A stretch of 64,000 bases of DNA from Podarcis filfolensis (taxonomy: Eukaryota). This document shows positions 1 to 12,297 of the stretch, piece by piece. The stretch's first letter is position 1; every line of letters starts with the position of its first letter. Location of the stretch: NCBI GenBank assembly GCA_964270895.1, contig OZ185436.1. One strand, given 5' to 3'. Below the pieces are notes generated by a model. The model saw nothing but the letters and a program-made list of their open reading frames with translations, was not told where the DNA came from and did not search any database. The translations under genes were made by a program, and so were the position numbers.

Positions 1-166
1 ATGCTTTGTGGTTCAGAAAGCATTGAAAAATGCATTGAAAAGTGTGGTGTGAACAAATGATTAACAAGACATCTAAACACAGCAGAAGAAATCAATATGA
101 GAGCTCATTGTCATATAACAAACAAATCAGAAGAAATTCTCAGTGAAGACCACACATAGTGTAACC

Positions 167-302
167 CAGGCTTCCTCAACCTCGGCCCGCCAGATGTTTT
201 GAGACTACAGTTCCCATCATCCCTTACCACTGGTCCTGCTAGCTAGAGATCATGGGAGTTGTAGGCCAAAAACATCTGGAGGGCCAAGGTTGAGGAAGCC
301 TG
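167..302. mobile_element. hAT-like foldback MITE (~136 bp)
   Basis: TIR CAGGCTTCCTCAACCT...AGGTTGAGGAAGCCTG; the arms are nearly self-complementary; flanking 8-mers GTGTAACC / GTCTAACC (7/8 TSD). Confidence 0.8.
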
Positions 303-1018
303 GTCTAACCTCTGCAAAAGCTTTATGCAAGCGAATGTGGATGAATGCTCCAAAACATTATTTGGAGGAGCCTATCAACTCTCCTCCCTTTCCCCACCAT
401 TATAGCAGCTTGAAATCTTTCATTTGTGAATTAACATCAACATGAGCCAGGCACTGCTGGCCATCTTTTGCCAAAGCTTTCTATTACCTTGTGGGAATGC
501 TGCATGGGCAGAGGGACTTGGCTTGGCTGAGAGACCTTTGGCAGACAGTGCAGCTGGGGTTGCAATCCAGTTTTAGCCTTTCCCTTTGCTCATGGAGCCC
601 TCTCTTCTCTGTTTACAACAGTAGAAAGGTCCGCTGGCAACTGTGTTAATTGCTCACATGGAAAAATAACATTAGTGTGTGTATTTTTAGCTGCATTTTT
701 CTCCTATATTTCAACTGAAAACTAGGAGAAGGGTTGTGGTTGCTCATCTCTTCACATAAAGCAAGTGTGAACCTCTCTCTCAGATACTGGAGATCAACTT
801 CAATTGACCCAAGGGTCTTTTCGCAGAAGACGCTTTCAGGTCAGAACAGCTTGACCAGCCTATAAGACTGAAAAAGTACAAAACTTAATTTCTTCTGTGA
901 GGTAGCTTACCTCAGTTGTCCTGCAGCTTACAGCTGTGAACCAGATAAAGGTAAGACTACTGATGTTCTCCATTAAAGTTGGTAGGACCATTATTGAGGG
1001 GGAAGGGCAGCAACAGTA

Positions 1019-1260
1019 CAGTGGTACCTCGGGATACATATGCTTCAGGTTACATACGCTTCAGGTTACAGACTCCGCTAACCCAGAAATAGTACCTTGG
1101 GTTAAGAACTTTGCTTCAGGATGAGAAAAGAAATCACACGGCGGTGGCGCTGCAGCAGCAGGAGGCCCCATTAGCTAAAGTGCTGCTTCAGGTTAACAAC
1201 AGTTTCAGGTTAAGAACGGACCTCCGGAACAAATTAAGTACGTAACCAGAGGTACCACTG
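1019..1260. mobile_element. Tc1/mariner-superfamily (Tigger/pogo-like) MITE, subfamily A
   Basis: TA|CAGTGGTACCTC...GAGGTACCACTG; internal TTCAGGTT motif reiterated; near-identical to the copies at 8000, 34003 and 54409. Confidence 0.85.
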
Positions 1261-2034
1261 TTCTAACAAATATTATCTTATAGTTGCCTTCTGTGTGGTT
1301 GGCTGTGTGTCAGATACAATATAGTAGTAATGTGCGCATATCAATTTTGCTGGTTTTGGGGTCTTTCTAATAATAGTTTACTTGTGAGACCACAGAGTAC
1401 ATGCAAAGAATACTGCTGGATTATTTTGAAATGCTGCAGTTAGGATTGTCTGACTCTTTGCACAGATGTCTTGTTAGAATGACACTTCTTTTGTGCTTGG
1501 ATGACTTGGCTACATTCAAAGCTGTTGTCATGTGATAGCAGCCAAAAGCAGCTGTCTTTGTATTGATGGCTGAAACCTTAAAGTGAACTTTCTTTAGAAG
1601 TGGGCTGTGATTGTGGTGTTAACTCCTTGTATACTTAGGAGTTGTTATGTGTGTGTGGAGAGGGGGGTAGCTTCTAAAAGCTTCCTGAATTGCAATGATG
1701 CTTTTACTATAGTATTCCTTTAAGTGTAGAATATCTTTTTTTATATATATTACAAATAGCTGGTGCAACCCCCTCCATTACCACCAAGCTGGATTGAGAC
1801 AGTGAAGTGGGTGGACAGGGGCTTTGCTCCCTGCTGCAGTCCTCATCCCTGCACCTACAATTTTAAGGGGGGCACTCCCAGTATCCTTTACAGCAGACAA
1901 TCTGCTCTTTATCAGGTAGCTCTGGCCCCTGGCCCCTAACATAGGAATCAGTTAAATTGAGCTAAGTGGGTCTTCCAGGTCTCATCTTTCACATCTGTCA
2001 AGCAAAAGCAACAGGACTAAAACCTCTGTCAGAA

Positions 2035-2036
<2 letters not shown>

Positions 2037-2111
<75 letters not shown>
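2037..2111. repeat. Compound microsatellite (TC)n(TG)n
   Basis: Direct reading. Confidence 0.97.
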
Positions 2112-2113
<2 letters not shown>

Positions 2114-2531
2114 TCTGAAAGCTCACATACAAACACAGATGGTGTATCCAAAACAGATGATGAATCACTATTGCTCATCTTTCCCCCCACCTCCCCAAGG
2201 CTTTTTCACCACCCCGTAATTTTAATGTGTGTGCTTATGCTAATATAGCATCCACACCTGTTTGGGGGAATTGTGTGGGAAGCTAAGTTGCTGGATAGGT
2301 ATTTCATTTAGGAATTTGTTACAATCTTACAGCATTTGCCTACACAAAACTTAAATTAGCAAGGAGTTAATTACGGTACCCGTGATATGATGGAAACAAC
2401 TATGAAAACCCTTCTTAAATTTAAACCAACTGTTTCTAACCTCTGTTTACTCCAAGTTTTTATTTCAGTTTATTGATCATAAGGCCCCCACCTTTTACTC
2501 TTGTCAAATTCCAGTAGGAATAGGCTTAAGG

Positions 2532-2669
2532 CAGGTGTGGAGAACCTTTGACGCTTCAGATGCTGCTGAACTAGAGCTCCCATCAGCTCCAGTAAGCATG
2601 GCCAATGGCCAGGGATGATAGGTATTGTAGTTCAGAAACTCCAGGAATGCCAAAGGTTCCCAACACCTG
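2532..2669. mobile_element. hAT-like foldback MITE
   Basis: CAGGTGTGGAGAACCTTTG...CAAAGGTTCCCAACACCTG; flanks GCTTAAGG / ACTTTAGG (6/8). Confidence 0.7.
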
Positions 2670-3771
2670 ACTTTAGGCTACATTGCTTAGCAGAATTACA
2701 TATGTGTGCTATGGGCAAAGAAGGGAGCACATTTTGTACTTATCTCAAATCTCAAGGTAACACGCAATCAATGTGTGTTCCTCCTTTTGCTGCTGCTTTT
2801 GCTAACGTAAAACAATCCTGTTCCCCCACCCTTTTCCTTTATTCTTCTTCAGTAAGTACATCCTTACATTGTTAGCTACATCACACAGTCCCTGTAGCTG
2901 CTACTCAGTTAGACTGGCATGTTTGCACGTATCTGACTCTTGCTTTTGTTTTCTCAGTAGTATTCCTGTTTGCTGGCACATCCTAGCCATTTTATTCTAT
3001 GGAATGGAGAAGGCACATACAGACATACTTGTGCTTTGTGATATGGCCCCAGGAGCCAGCTTTTGTATTAACTGCTGAAACAAAAGACCGATTCATATGC
3101 AGTGTAAAAGCTGTCAAAACCCTTAAGATTTCACAATGTGAAACAGAGGGTTTACTTTGCTCTGCTTAAAGGGGGTATTTCATCCAAAGCAAATACACCT
3201 CTTACTTGGGGGTGCAGGGAATAAGGTTAGTCAGTTGCAAAAGAATCTATCAGAAGATGCATCTGACTCTTGTCCTTTAAGCCCTGACTGGAATGTGCTT
3301 TATCAAATTGAGTGCTGCCCAGCCATATTCTTTCCGAAAGTGCAGTCTGTAGTGCTAATAGTGTGGTACTCAAGTCTATGTGTTGCTTTTGGAGGGGGTA
3401 GAAAGGATAGCATTGCTGCAGGGGAGCAGCTGTGCTGCTTTTCACTCTGCACAACCCTCTTACTTAATTATTATTTTTAAAAAAGAAGGGCTGCCATCAG
3501 AACATTGGAGGAAGCTGGAGGAGGTTAAATTCAAAAACCAAAGAAGTCACATGTCAGGTGCTTAGGAGATTTTGCAAGAACTTCCCAGAACTGGAACACT
3601 GAGTGCCCCCAAGCAAGGGGGAGAGCTTAAAAGCTCTTTCTGAACCAGGAAACTCAAAGTAGACCCAGCACAAAACAAGCTTTTTAGTTCTCCACTTTGC
3701 TTGGATTTAACTGCACAATTTCAACCAGCCTGCCTTTAACTGGGTTTGGTTGAGATTGCACAAGTTAAATG

Positions 3772-3920
3772 TGCATAAGATGTGATCATACTGCATGTCA
3801 CCCTGTCCTCACAGTGGCCGAACAGATGCCTGTGGGAAGCTGGGAAGCAGTGCAACAGCTCTCTCCTCGCAACTGCCATTCAGCTGCATACCTCTAACAG
3901 TGGATGTAGAATATAGCTGC
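3772..3920 (-). mobile_element. L2-type LINE 3' fragment
   Basis: Resembles the reverse complement of the squamate L2 3' end (cataaga...ctcacagtggcc..cagatgcctgtgggaag); similar to 9392-9615 and 21150-21366. Confidence 0.55.
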
Positions 3921-4478
3921 ATAAATGCTTTTGGGGTGCAAATAGGCCTTTATTTTGTCATCTCTACCTAGTATGTTATTTTACTTATCCATGTATCTAT
4001 TGCAGCTTCTTTCTTTAGTGTAATTTTCAGTTCTGCCAAGAATAATTTTCTTGTTTGTTCCCTTATGTAGATTAAATGTCCAAAAACTGTTGAAGATTTT
4101 TAAAAGGTGTGGTGGACTTGCATAGCTTCTAAGTGTCTCCTACTGTAATGTAATGGAGAAGTTATCACAGCCTGGATCAGGCTCTCCCTAGGTTGGCATG
4201 TTCCAGAGGATGCTGAGAATGCCCCTTAGGCACTGATGTGGGTGGGAGAGAGACTATATTGTGTTCTTGCATAATTTCTGTTCTGTTAGGATACATAATG
4301 AGGCAAAGACCAAAGTGCTTATGAGTCCTAGCTATTTTCTTACTGGATTTCTGTAGTTGCTCATCAACACATGTTCCCTACAAGCTTGCCAGACAAAACA
4401 AAAAACAATATGATACAGATGCCTTGTTGAGAGGTGAACAGCGTGAAGTAGATGCATCTAATGTTAAACTGGGAATTA

Positions 4479-4727
4479 CAGGTACACCTCTTCTTACGTC
4501 CGCCTCCGCTCGTGTCCATTTTACTCAATGTCTGCAGCAAACCCGGAAGTAACTGGCGGGTTTGCTACTGTTCACGCATGCACAGGAGCGGTGATCGCCG
4601 TTCGCACATGCGCAGAAGCGGGTAATCACCACCTGCGCCTGCACACAACGGCGCCTCTCCCAGCGACCCATTTTGACTTCTGGACTGCCTCCAGAACAGA
4701 TTGTGGTCATGAGTAGAGGTTCCATTG
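4479..4727. mobile_element. Diverged Tigger-like MITE related to subfamily B
   Basis: TA|CAGGTACACCTC...GAGGTTCCATTG|TA; internal acccggaagtaac and gcacatgcgcag are shared with the 32042/38425/61519 copies. Confidence 0.6.
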
Positions 4728-6589
4728 TATGTATTTACAATGGAGTTCACTGAATAGATAAGAGCCCAGAACATAAAGCTAGGCACACTTTAAAAAATGT
4801 TGCTACCTAGACTGTGCGCTACCCCCAATCTCTACCAAGCAGTAGCAAGATCCCAGGGGGTCCAGGTGCTCACCCAGAGTTGTGTTTCCATTGGGAAATC
4901 AGGGCAAAGTGGAGACTAGTGTCTTTAAGAAACATGGTTTATTGTACACGTATTTATACCTGGTCTACTTTGGAGAGAGTTTGGAGCATTACATGTTAAT
5001 AGGGTCTTGTTTTCCAGAGCAGTGCAACGTTAGAGTCCAAGGCATCCTGCATACCCTCTCTATGTATCTGTCCCAGCCTGCACAAGATGGTTCTGCCCTT
5101 CACAGCAGCTTTTGGAGTTCTGCCCACTTCCTTTCTTCTTCCTAAGTACCCCTGCTCCAAGCAGCTTCTCCCCATCTGTCTGCTTGCCCACCTTATCCAG
5201 ACCTCTGATTTTAAAAGGACAGTATTTTTCTAATGTGACATCACATCCTCCCCATCACCTTGGCAGCTTCCTGTCCTCACCAGCAGAGCTTCCTACCTGG
5301 TTGATGGATTCAATCAACCAGGTTATTGTGCTTCTGTCCCAGCTGTCCCAGTTTGGTTAATGACTTGTTTCCAGCACCTTTTTTCATTCTTCAGGGCTTC
5401 TATCTCAGGTGAGGCCCTGGCCTGGCATCTTCCCTTTAGTACTCCAAATATTATCTAAATTCTATCATTTATTAATTTCTACAATTCGCCAACTCTAGCA
5501 GTTTTAAACTGTGTTTTGCGTCCACAATTATAGCTCAAGCAGTTCCTTTGAATATTCATGGTAAGGGAGAGCAAGCAGGGTTTCTGGTGGTGGCATGATT
5601 ACATAGGGAATAGTCTAGTGATATCAGAGTTCAAATATGTAGAGGGTGGGAGGGGGTTGGCTCCAAATGACTCCAGTTGTTGGAACAGTGCCGGTCTTGC
5701 ATTGCTAGTGTAGTTTTCTGGAATGTGTGTACTCTACAAGTTGCTTTCCTCTGAAGTATAGGATATTAGAGTTCAGGGGCAGTTATCTTAAAAAAAAGAG
5801 GGGAGGAATTAAAGGAAGAAAATACATGAAATGAAGAATAATTGATCCCAGGGATATACCTGTGGCATTTTGGAAGAGAAGAGGGACCCAGTTTTCTGAA
5901 ACATTAGTGATCCAATATTATTTTAAAATGTGTACCCTGACAAACATGGCTCATGGAGTCCTTGATGCACCCAATGCACAATTATTACACCCACCCAACT
6001 TCTCTGAATGTTGAAAAGTTTACAGGCTGCAACAGAGTTAGTGTCCTTTGGGAAGGAGGTCACTGGAGTCTTATAGCAATTGGCACTATCTGAGTTGATT
6101 TACTAAATATTCAGGTTGGACTACATATGGGGAATCTGTGGCCCTCCAGCCCCAGCCAGCATGACCAATGTTCAGGTACAATAGGAGTTGTAGTCCAAGA
6201 ATATATGGAGGGCTACTGGTTCCCCATTAAATACTTCAGTAGCCAAAGTCTACTGTCCCACAGATTATCCCCATAAAGTGATGGGCCCCCAAATGTTTAC
6301 AAAGCTCAGTTCTCCATTTGCAATTTGTCCGCAAGCACATATGCTGCCACTTGAAAAGGAGAAAAAGCAGCTTTTAGTTTCAAGAAGAACCCAGCTGCCT
6401 ACTCTGAACAATTGTGTCTGAAGTGGCTGGGGAGGGATTTCTAGGGCTTACGCATGTCCATCAGTTAACGGCTGCATCAGTATTGGGATTTTTTACAGTC
6501 TGCACCTGCATTGAGGGTGTTTTTAAAGATGTTTTTAATTGCCTTTTTATTGTTTTATTGCTTGTTTGCCGCCTTGGGATCCTTTGGGA

Positions 6590-6719
6590 CAGGCATCTCC
6601 AAACTTGACCCTCAAAGTATTTTGGGACTACTATTCCCATCATCCCTTACCACTGGTCTTGTTAGCTAGGGATGGTGGGAGTTGTAGTCCCAAAACATCT
6701 GGAGGGCCAAACCTGCCTG
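6590..6719. mobile_element. hAT-like foldback MITE with perfect 8-bp TSD
   Basis: CAGGC...GCCTG flanked on both sides by CTTTGGGA (6582-6589 and 6720-6727); same family as 167-302. Confidence 0.85.
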
Positions 6720-7448
6720 CTTTGGGAGAAGGGTCAGGATAAAAGCATAAAAACATGATAGATAAAAAATAAAATTGCATTTTAATTCTACCTAGCCCTT
6801 AGTCTGATCTTCTTTTTAAATTGGACATGAAGCAAGCTAGGCAACCCAGCTTTGTCCCTTGGAGAAGACACAGTAAGCCAAAATCTGGCTTGGGAAAAGG
6901 AATGCATATTCTTCTTCAAAAAATAGTCTGGAGGTGGAGTCCAGGCTTGATTGTGTCAGCTGTAACATATCTGGCAGTTAGGATTGTCCCCATCTGCCCT
7001 ACTTAGGACCTAAGAGATTATGTTATAATCTTTAAATAGTTTGGGAATTTTGTTTAAAGTGAGCTGCTTTGAGATGACTTGCAGGATAATTCATAACCAA
7101 ATAAGGGTATATTTGTCCCCAAGATTGCTTCCATTTCGTAGATACTCCATGTATTGTGGAGAATCCCTAAACTAGACAGCATTTCGAGATCCCAGGTGTA
7201 TATGATTACATCTGTATTACTTCAGTTCAGCAAATAACTAGAATTGGCAGTTTAAAAGCTAGGTTGAAATTAGTCCCACCTTTGTCACTAAACCGTACAG
7301 AATCTGAAATACTAAGCAGTTGAGAAAAAGTTTTGGAGACGCCAGTCGTTTATACGAAACAATTATACAAACAAAAAGCTACAATGTTAACATATTTTGT
7401 CTTCTGTTTCAAGTCAGCTTAACAAATATCTGAGAAATGAGCAAACTC

Positions 7449-7515
7449 ATAATTATTAACTAATTAATTATTAACTATTAACTAATTATTAAAATCTTAA
7501 CTAATAACTATAACC
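7449..7515. repeat. AT-rich degenerate tandem repeat (taattattaac-like units)
   Basis: Direct reading. Confidence 0.6.
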
Positions 7516-7999
7516 TTTCAGTTTTCCCTATGTTCCTCTGGCTTTTCTTAGCAAGATCTAGAGGTGTGTTTCAAATTCTACTCAAGGAAATTACAATTTA
7601 GCTAATACCTTATCGCTCTCCTTTTCTGTGACTGGCTAATCACTTTGACATAGCTGGTCCTTTTAAAGACTATTCTGGTGTGCATAACTTCAGGTAGCAT
7701 TGTGCTATATGAATCATGGGGCTTGGAAAGCAAAGCAAGTAAAGGGAAAACTTGAAGCAAGTCTAATCTGGTTGCTGAATGGATCAGATAAATACGGGGC
7801 TGTTGTTTGTTGAGGCTTTGCCATCTGTGCTGTGAGCAAACACTTGAAAAACTTGCACCTTGTAGCATCTGTGTGGGTAGGTGCATTGCCAGTCCTATTT
7901 TGGTAGGTAGGAATCTCTCTACGGGACAGTTTATATATTTGACAAATCCCACTTTACGTTAAATATAATCTAAAAGAGAATAAACATTTGGTATAAATA

Positions 8000-8241
8000 C
8001 AGTGGTACCTTGGGTTAAGTACTTAATTCATTCCGGAGGTCCGTTCTTAACCTGAAACGGTTCTTAACCTGAAGCACCACTTTAGCTAATGAGGCCTCCT
8101 GCTGCCGCCGCACCGCTAGAGCATGATTTCTGTTCTCATCCTGAAGCAAAGTTCTTAACCCGAGGTAATATTTCTGGGTTAGCGGAGTCTGTAACCTGAA
8201 GCGTATGTAACCTGAAGCGTATGTAACCCAAGGTACCACTG
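8000..8241. mobile_element. Tigger-like MITE, subfamily A (opposite orientation to the 1019 copy)
   Basis: TA|CAGTGGTACCTT...AAGGTACCACTG|TA; reiterated AACCTGAAG. Confidence 0.9.
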
Positions 8242-8289
8242 TATACAGTGTGTGCTTAAATCACATTTGTGCTCTTTTCCTCAAATCTG

Positions 8290-8426
8290 AAGGGAGCTAG
8301 GCAACATGCTGTTCACCAAATACTATAGACCACCACTCCCATCAGCCCCAGTCAGCATGAGAAGTGGGCTGGGATGATGGGAACCGTAGTTCACAACCTC
8401 TGGAGGGCACCATGTTGGCTTCCCTT
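8290..8426. mobile_element. Degenerate hAT-like foldback MITE
   Basis: aagggagc..caacatg / catgttggcttccctt ends; internal ctcccatcagcccc...gatgatgggaaccgtag as in the other copies. Confidence 0.55.
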
Positions 8427-8568
8427 GGGACAACTACTGTCATTTTAAAATAGACTTAAATGCATAGCATTAAAAATGCTTCATAAAAGCGAGTGACATC
8501 CAGCACAACAGTTCTGCATCCCTCAGCCTAATTTTATAGGAATTCCGCTGGTAAGAGATCATCTGAAT

Positions 8569-8779
8569 TAGGGCTGCCATACGTCTGGATCTTCCCAGAA
8601 ATTACCGTGATTTCAAAGGTGGAATTGATTTACGGGGGGAATTTCTAAAAGGTGGTGCTTTGTTCTTGATTTTAGGCAAGTCAAGTCAACAGTTTCAGTG
8701 GTTTCTCCCTAAAGCACAACAACAACTCAACGACTTTCAGGGTGTCCTGGTTTTTACTTTTTTAAATATGGCAACCCTA
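8569..8779. mobile_element. Non-autonomous DNA transposon with TAGGG TIRs
   Basis: TAGGGCTGCCATA...TATGGCAACCCTA; flanked by the 7-bp direct repeat TCTGAAT. Confidence 0.75.
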
Positions 8780-9391
8780 TCTGAATATATGTTTTTGGAT
8801 TCTAGTTGTGAACATCCCCCACCCACCCACAACTCTTCTTACAGCAATGAATGATAGGAAATCCTTGAAATGCATCCTGACAGTTGAGCAATCCTAAATG
8901 CTGAAGTTTGCTGCTGATGAAACCACAAACTATTTTTGTCTAGACTAAATCCATATAAAAAAAATAAAAAATAATTATTAATCCCAGCTAGCCAGTTAAA
9001 TTAGGACACCTGATTACAACACAATGGGAACTTGAAGTAATGCTGGTAATCTTTGTGTTTCTTTCCCCACCCCTTAACTCTGTGTTTAGGCATTTTCCTT
9101 TTAAAAGTGAGAGTGCCTTGGACCTGTACAGATATACCATATATGCTCTTAAGAGATCACACTCTTTGAACTATTGAGTGCCTGTGAACATTTTGTTGAT
9201 TTATTTATCCCACAATTTATAAGCTTCCTTTGAAACTAGTGCACTCAAAGGAGATTACAAAGTAAACTAAAATTAAAACAACCTCCACAGTATGATCTTA
9301 CAAATTGCAGTGTGATCATACAAATAAAACAAATGGCATAACAACAGTAATTTAAAATGTAATAATAATAATAACAATAATAGTCACTAAT

Positions 9392-9615
9392 TAAGTACAT
9401 AAGAAGTGTCTTGTTGGATCAGACCAAAGGCCTACCAGGCTCAGCAACCTTTTCTCCCAGTAGCCAACCAGATGCCTTTAGGAAACCCATCAGGAATACC
9501 TGAGTGCAATCCTTTCCTGGCAACTGGTATTTGGAGGGGTAGAACATAACCAAAATGGCTAGTACCCACCCATAGCCTTATTGTCCATGAATTTGTCTAA
9601 TTCCTTTTATAAAAC
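9392..9615 (-). mobile_element. L2-type LINE 3' fragment
   Basis: taagtacataagaag...ttggatcagaccaaaggcc...gcaactggtatt...atggctagta..ccatagccttattgtccatgaatttgtctaa is the reverse of a typical squamate L2 3' end. Confidence 0.65.
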
Positions 9616-9875
9616 CACCCAAAATTTGTGTTGTTATTTATTCCTGTATCTGCCTATGAAAAGGCTGTCATGTCTGAGCATGTTAAGGCAGCACTGGGAA
9701 AACACACTACTTCTCATTCCCAGCCATTTTGTAATTGGGAACCAGCAGATTGTCTGATTCTTCCTGTCCCCACCCTTGACCCCAAGGTGTTGCAATCCCT
9801 TCCTGAATGTGCAGTCTTGTTTGCAGAGTGTTTTATGTAAATGCATCTAAATGAAGTGTGAATAGGATATGCATA

Positions 9876-10139
9876 CAGTGGTGCCTCGCAAGACGAAATT
9901 AATTCGTTCTGCAAGTCTTTTCGTCTTGCGTGGTTTTTCGTCTTGCGAAGCTCGGTCAGTCGCAACTGCACCTCTTCAAGCGGTTGTAAGAAAAAAGGAA
10001 ACAAACTCGCAAGACGTTTTCGTCTTGCGAAGCAAGCCCATAGGGAAAATCGTCTTGCGAAGCAACTCAAAAAACGAAAAACTCTTTCGTCTTGCGAGTT
10101 TTTCGCCTTCCGAGGCATTCGTCTTACGAGGTACCACTG
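9876..10139. mobile_element. Tigger-like MITE, subfamily C
   Basis: TA|CAGTGGTGCCTCG...CGAGGTACCACTG|TA; internal TTCGTCTTGCGA motif repeated in both orientations. Confidence 0.9.
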
Positions 10140-12020
10140 TATCTATCACACAGGTACAATTGCTTGGGATCTGGCCTTTCTGACTCTTTGAAGTTCACAT
10201 TCAGTGGCAAACTTGAGATTATTATAAATAATATGTGAAAGCTATGAGGGTTTTACTTGGTGAGCCAGATAAGAAATCCACACATTTCTCTAAAAACATA
10301 TTTTTAATAGAAAAAGGGTGACCTGTAGGTGGGTTTTTGTGATTAGAGTTAAGCATAGGACATTCTTGGGAACAGATAATGGTTTTCACACACATACCCC
10401 ACACCCCTCAATTTTCTACATGTAGCTCCTGGCAAAACATAGGTGCAAAATAACACACCAACCTTACATAATGTAGAATAAGATACTTGATCATATCCCA
10501 GAATTGTGTCTGTATTTTTGTAAGTCAGCTCACTGATACAGGAAGTTGAAGTTTTCCAAACACAGCTGAGATCATATAGAAGCTAATTGCATTATGCAAA
10601 ACAGCCTTTGACAATTAATTTTCAGTGGGTGTAAATAGAATCATTTGGAGAACTGCCAAACAGCTAGTGCATGCAAGCCCTTAACGGCAGGCTGAAATAA
10701 GTGAAATTTAATTTGTAAGTAAATTCCATTACGCTTAAGTGGCTAAACAACTGTCTAAAAAGCTATACACCATTATGCAGTTTGTTTGCATACCAACTGG
10801 TATTTACAGGCAATAATGGCAATATCTCACTCTTAAAAAAGGGTTGTATGACGGAAGATTTGGTGTAACATTGGCTTGTGTTCTTATAGGGACGGCTTGC
10901 ATGCTGGGTGGGTTTATGTTTTGAACGTTATGTTGAACTACCCACAGAGTATCTTTTACAGCTTTAGATAAGCAGTGATTCTTTGAAGATGTGGGTGTTG
11001 TGGTATAAATGCCCACAAGTTTACACACCCACCCACACACATTTTTTTTATTTCTGTTTTTAATTTTCCTTTCATGTGTCATTTCATGCCCATCTTACTA
11101 CTTGGGTGGAAGACTAACTAAACAATCCACTATGTTTGCGCAGAAGTAAGTTGCACTGATTTCAGTGAAACTTAGTCCAATGCAAGTGAATATTGTACCA
11201 TAGCCTTACTTTTAAATGTGGAATCTTAAAAGTGCTTCCTCTTGACTAGAGTCATCCAGAGCTTTAGCTATGAGGTTAAGATACCTCACCATTTCTGTGG
11301 TGTGTGTGTGTGTGTAAACTGCATTTAATTTCCTCTGCCCTACCTACTTAAGAAGAGTACATCTAGAATGTATGTAAAATAAGCACAGAGATAAGAAGTG
11401 CAATTTGTCTCTGGTCATATCTAAATGAATAGAATTTAATTACTTGATGAATTCAGCAATTTTACATTGGAGCCTTCCTTTGAAATTCCTTTGTTCATGT
11501 AGCAGAGTGTTAAGACTGAAAACTTCTGCTGATTTTTGAATACTCCCATTTCTGATGTCATTTATGCCTATTGATTCTTTTCCATAAGGACTGGCCTTTT
11601 TTTACTTATTATGTAGAATGCAGAAGGAGATTTCTAACACATGACATATATCACATTGGAAGATAAGCAGGTGATGTTGTGGCTCTCATTATGATGTCCT
11701 GTAATAGTGTTGCCTGACGACATATGGATTTGTTGCAGGTACTGGTTCCTCTGTGTGTGTTTGTTTTGTGGTCTTTTATTGCTGGTAAATAGCTATTTTG
11801 GGTTAGTGGGCTGTAAGTGACCTATCACCTACAGCTTGTGAAAAGGAAGTGTCATTGTCCAGGTTAGACTGTAGGTCCTTAATGGTATGTTTGGCTAATT
11901 TTAGCTGGGACCTATAGATGACAGGTGGTCATTTTTTTCTTCTGTACTAGACTGTTCCTAAGTATCAATGTTTCTTTGTTAATCTGTTGGTTTTTACTTA
12001 ATTAGAAGGTTTTGTAACCT

Positions 12021-12192
12021 TAAGCTGCATACACACACCATACATTTAAAGCACATGCCCCCCCCAAAGCCTGGGAATTGTAGTTTGTTGCAGGTGTTAG
12101 AACTTGTACATCTGTGAGGGGTAAACTACAGTTCCCAGGATTCTTTGAGGAAAGTCATGTGTTTTAAATACATGTTTTATATGCAGCCTTAA
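12021..12192. mobile_element. Palindromic MITE, possibly PIF/Harbinger-like
   Basis: taa-gctgcatac...tatgcagcct-taa ends; internal arms ctgggaattgtagttt / aaactacagttcccagg. Confidence 0.55.
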
Positions 12193-12208
12193 GAAATGTA
12201 CTTTCTGC

Positions 12209-12297
12209 CTCTGATGAATTAGACTCCGGGCCACAAAATATTAGTCCATAATCAACATGTTAGCCTTTAAGGTGCCATAAGACTCTTGTTGTTCTTG
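12209..12297 (+). mobile_element. Penelope-like element terminal fragment
   Basis: ctctgatgaa...ttagcctttaaggtgccataagactc resembles the reptile Penelope terminus as recalled; a second remnant, taaaggtgccacaagactc, is at 47902-47929. Confidence 0.5.

Noticed and set aside
9920-10130. Regularly recurring short repeats resembling a CRISPR-like array
   Set aside because: Eukaryotic context, irregular spacing, both orientations, and bounded by TIRs and TA duplications: it is a MITE.
9714-10191. Basic, repetitive ORFs of 82-134 aa
   Set aside because: They lie over the subfamily-C MITE and reflect its repeated 12-mer; no transposase motifs.
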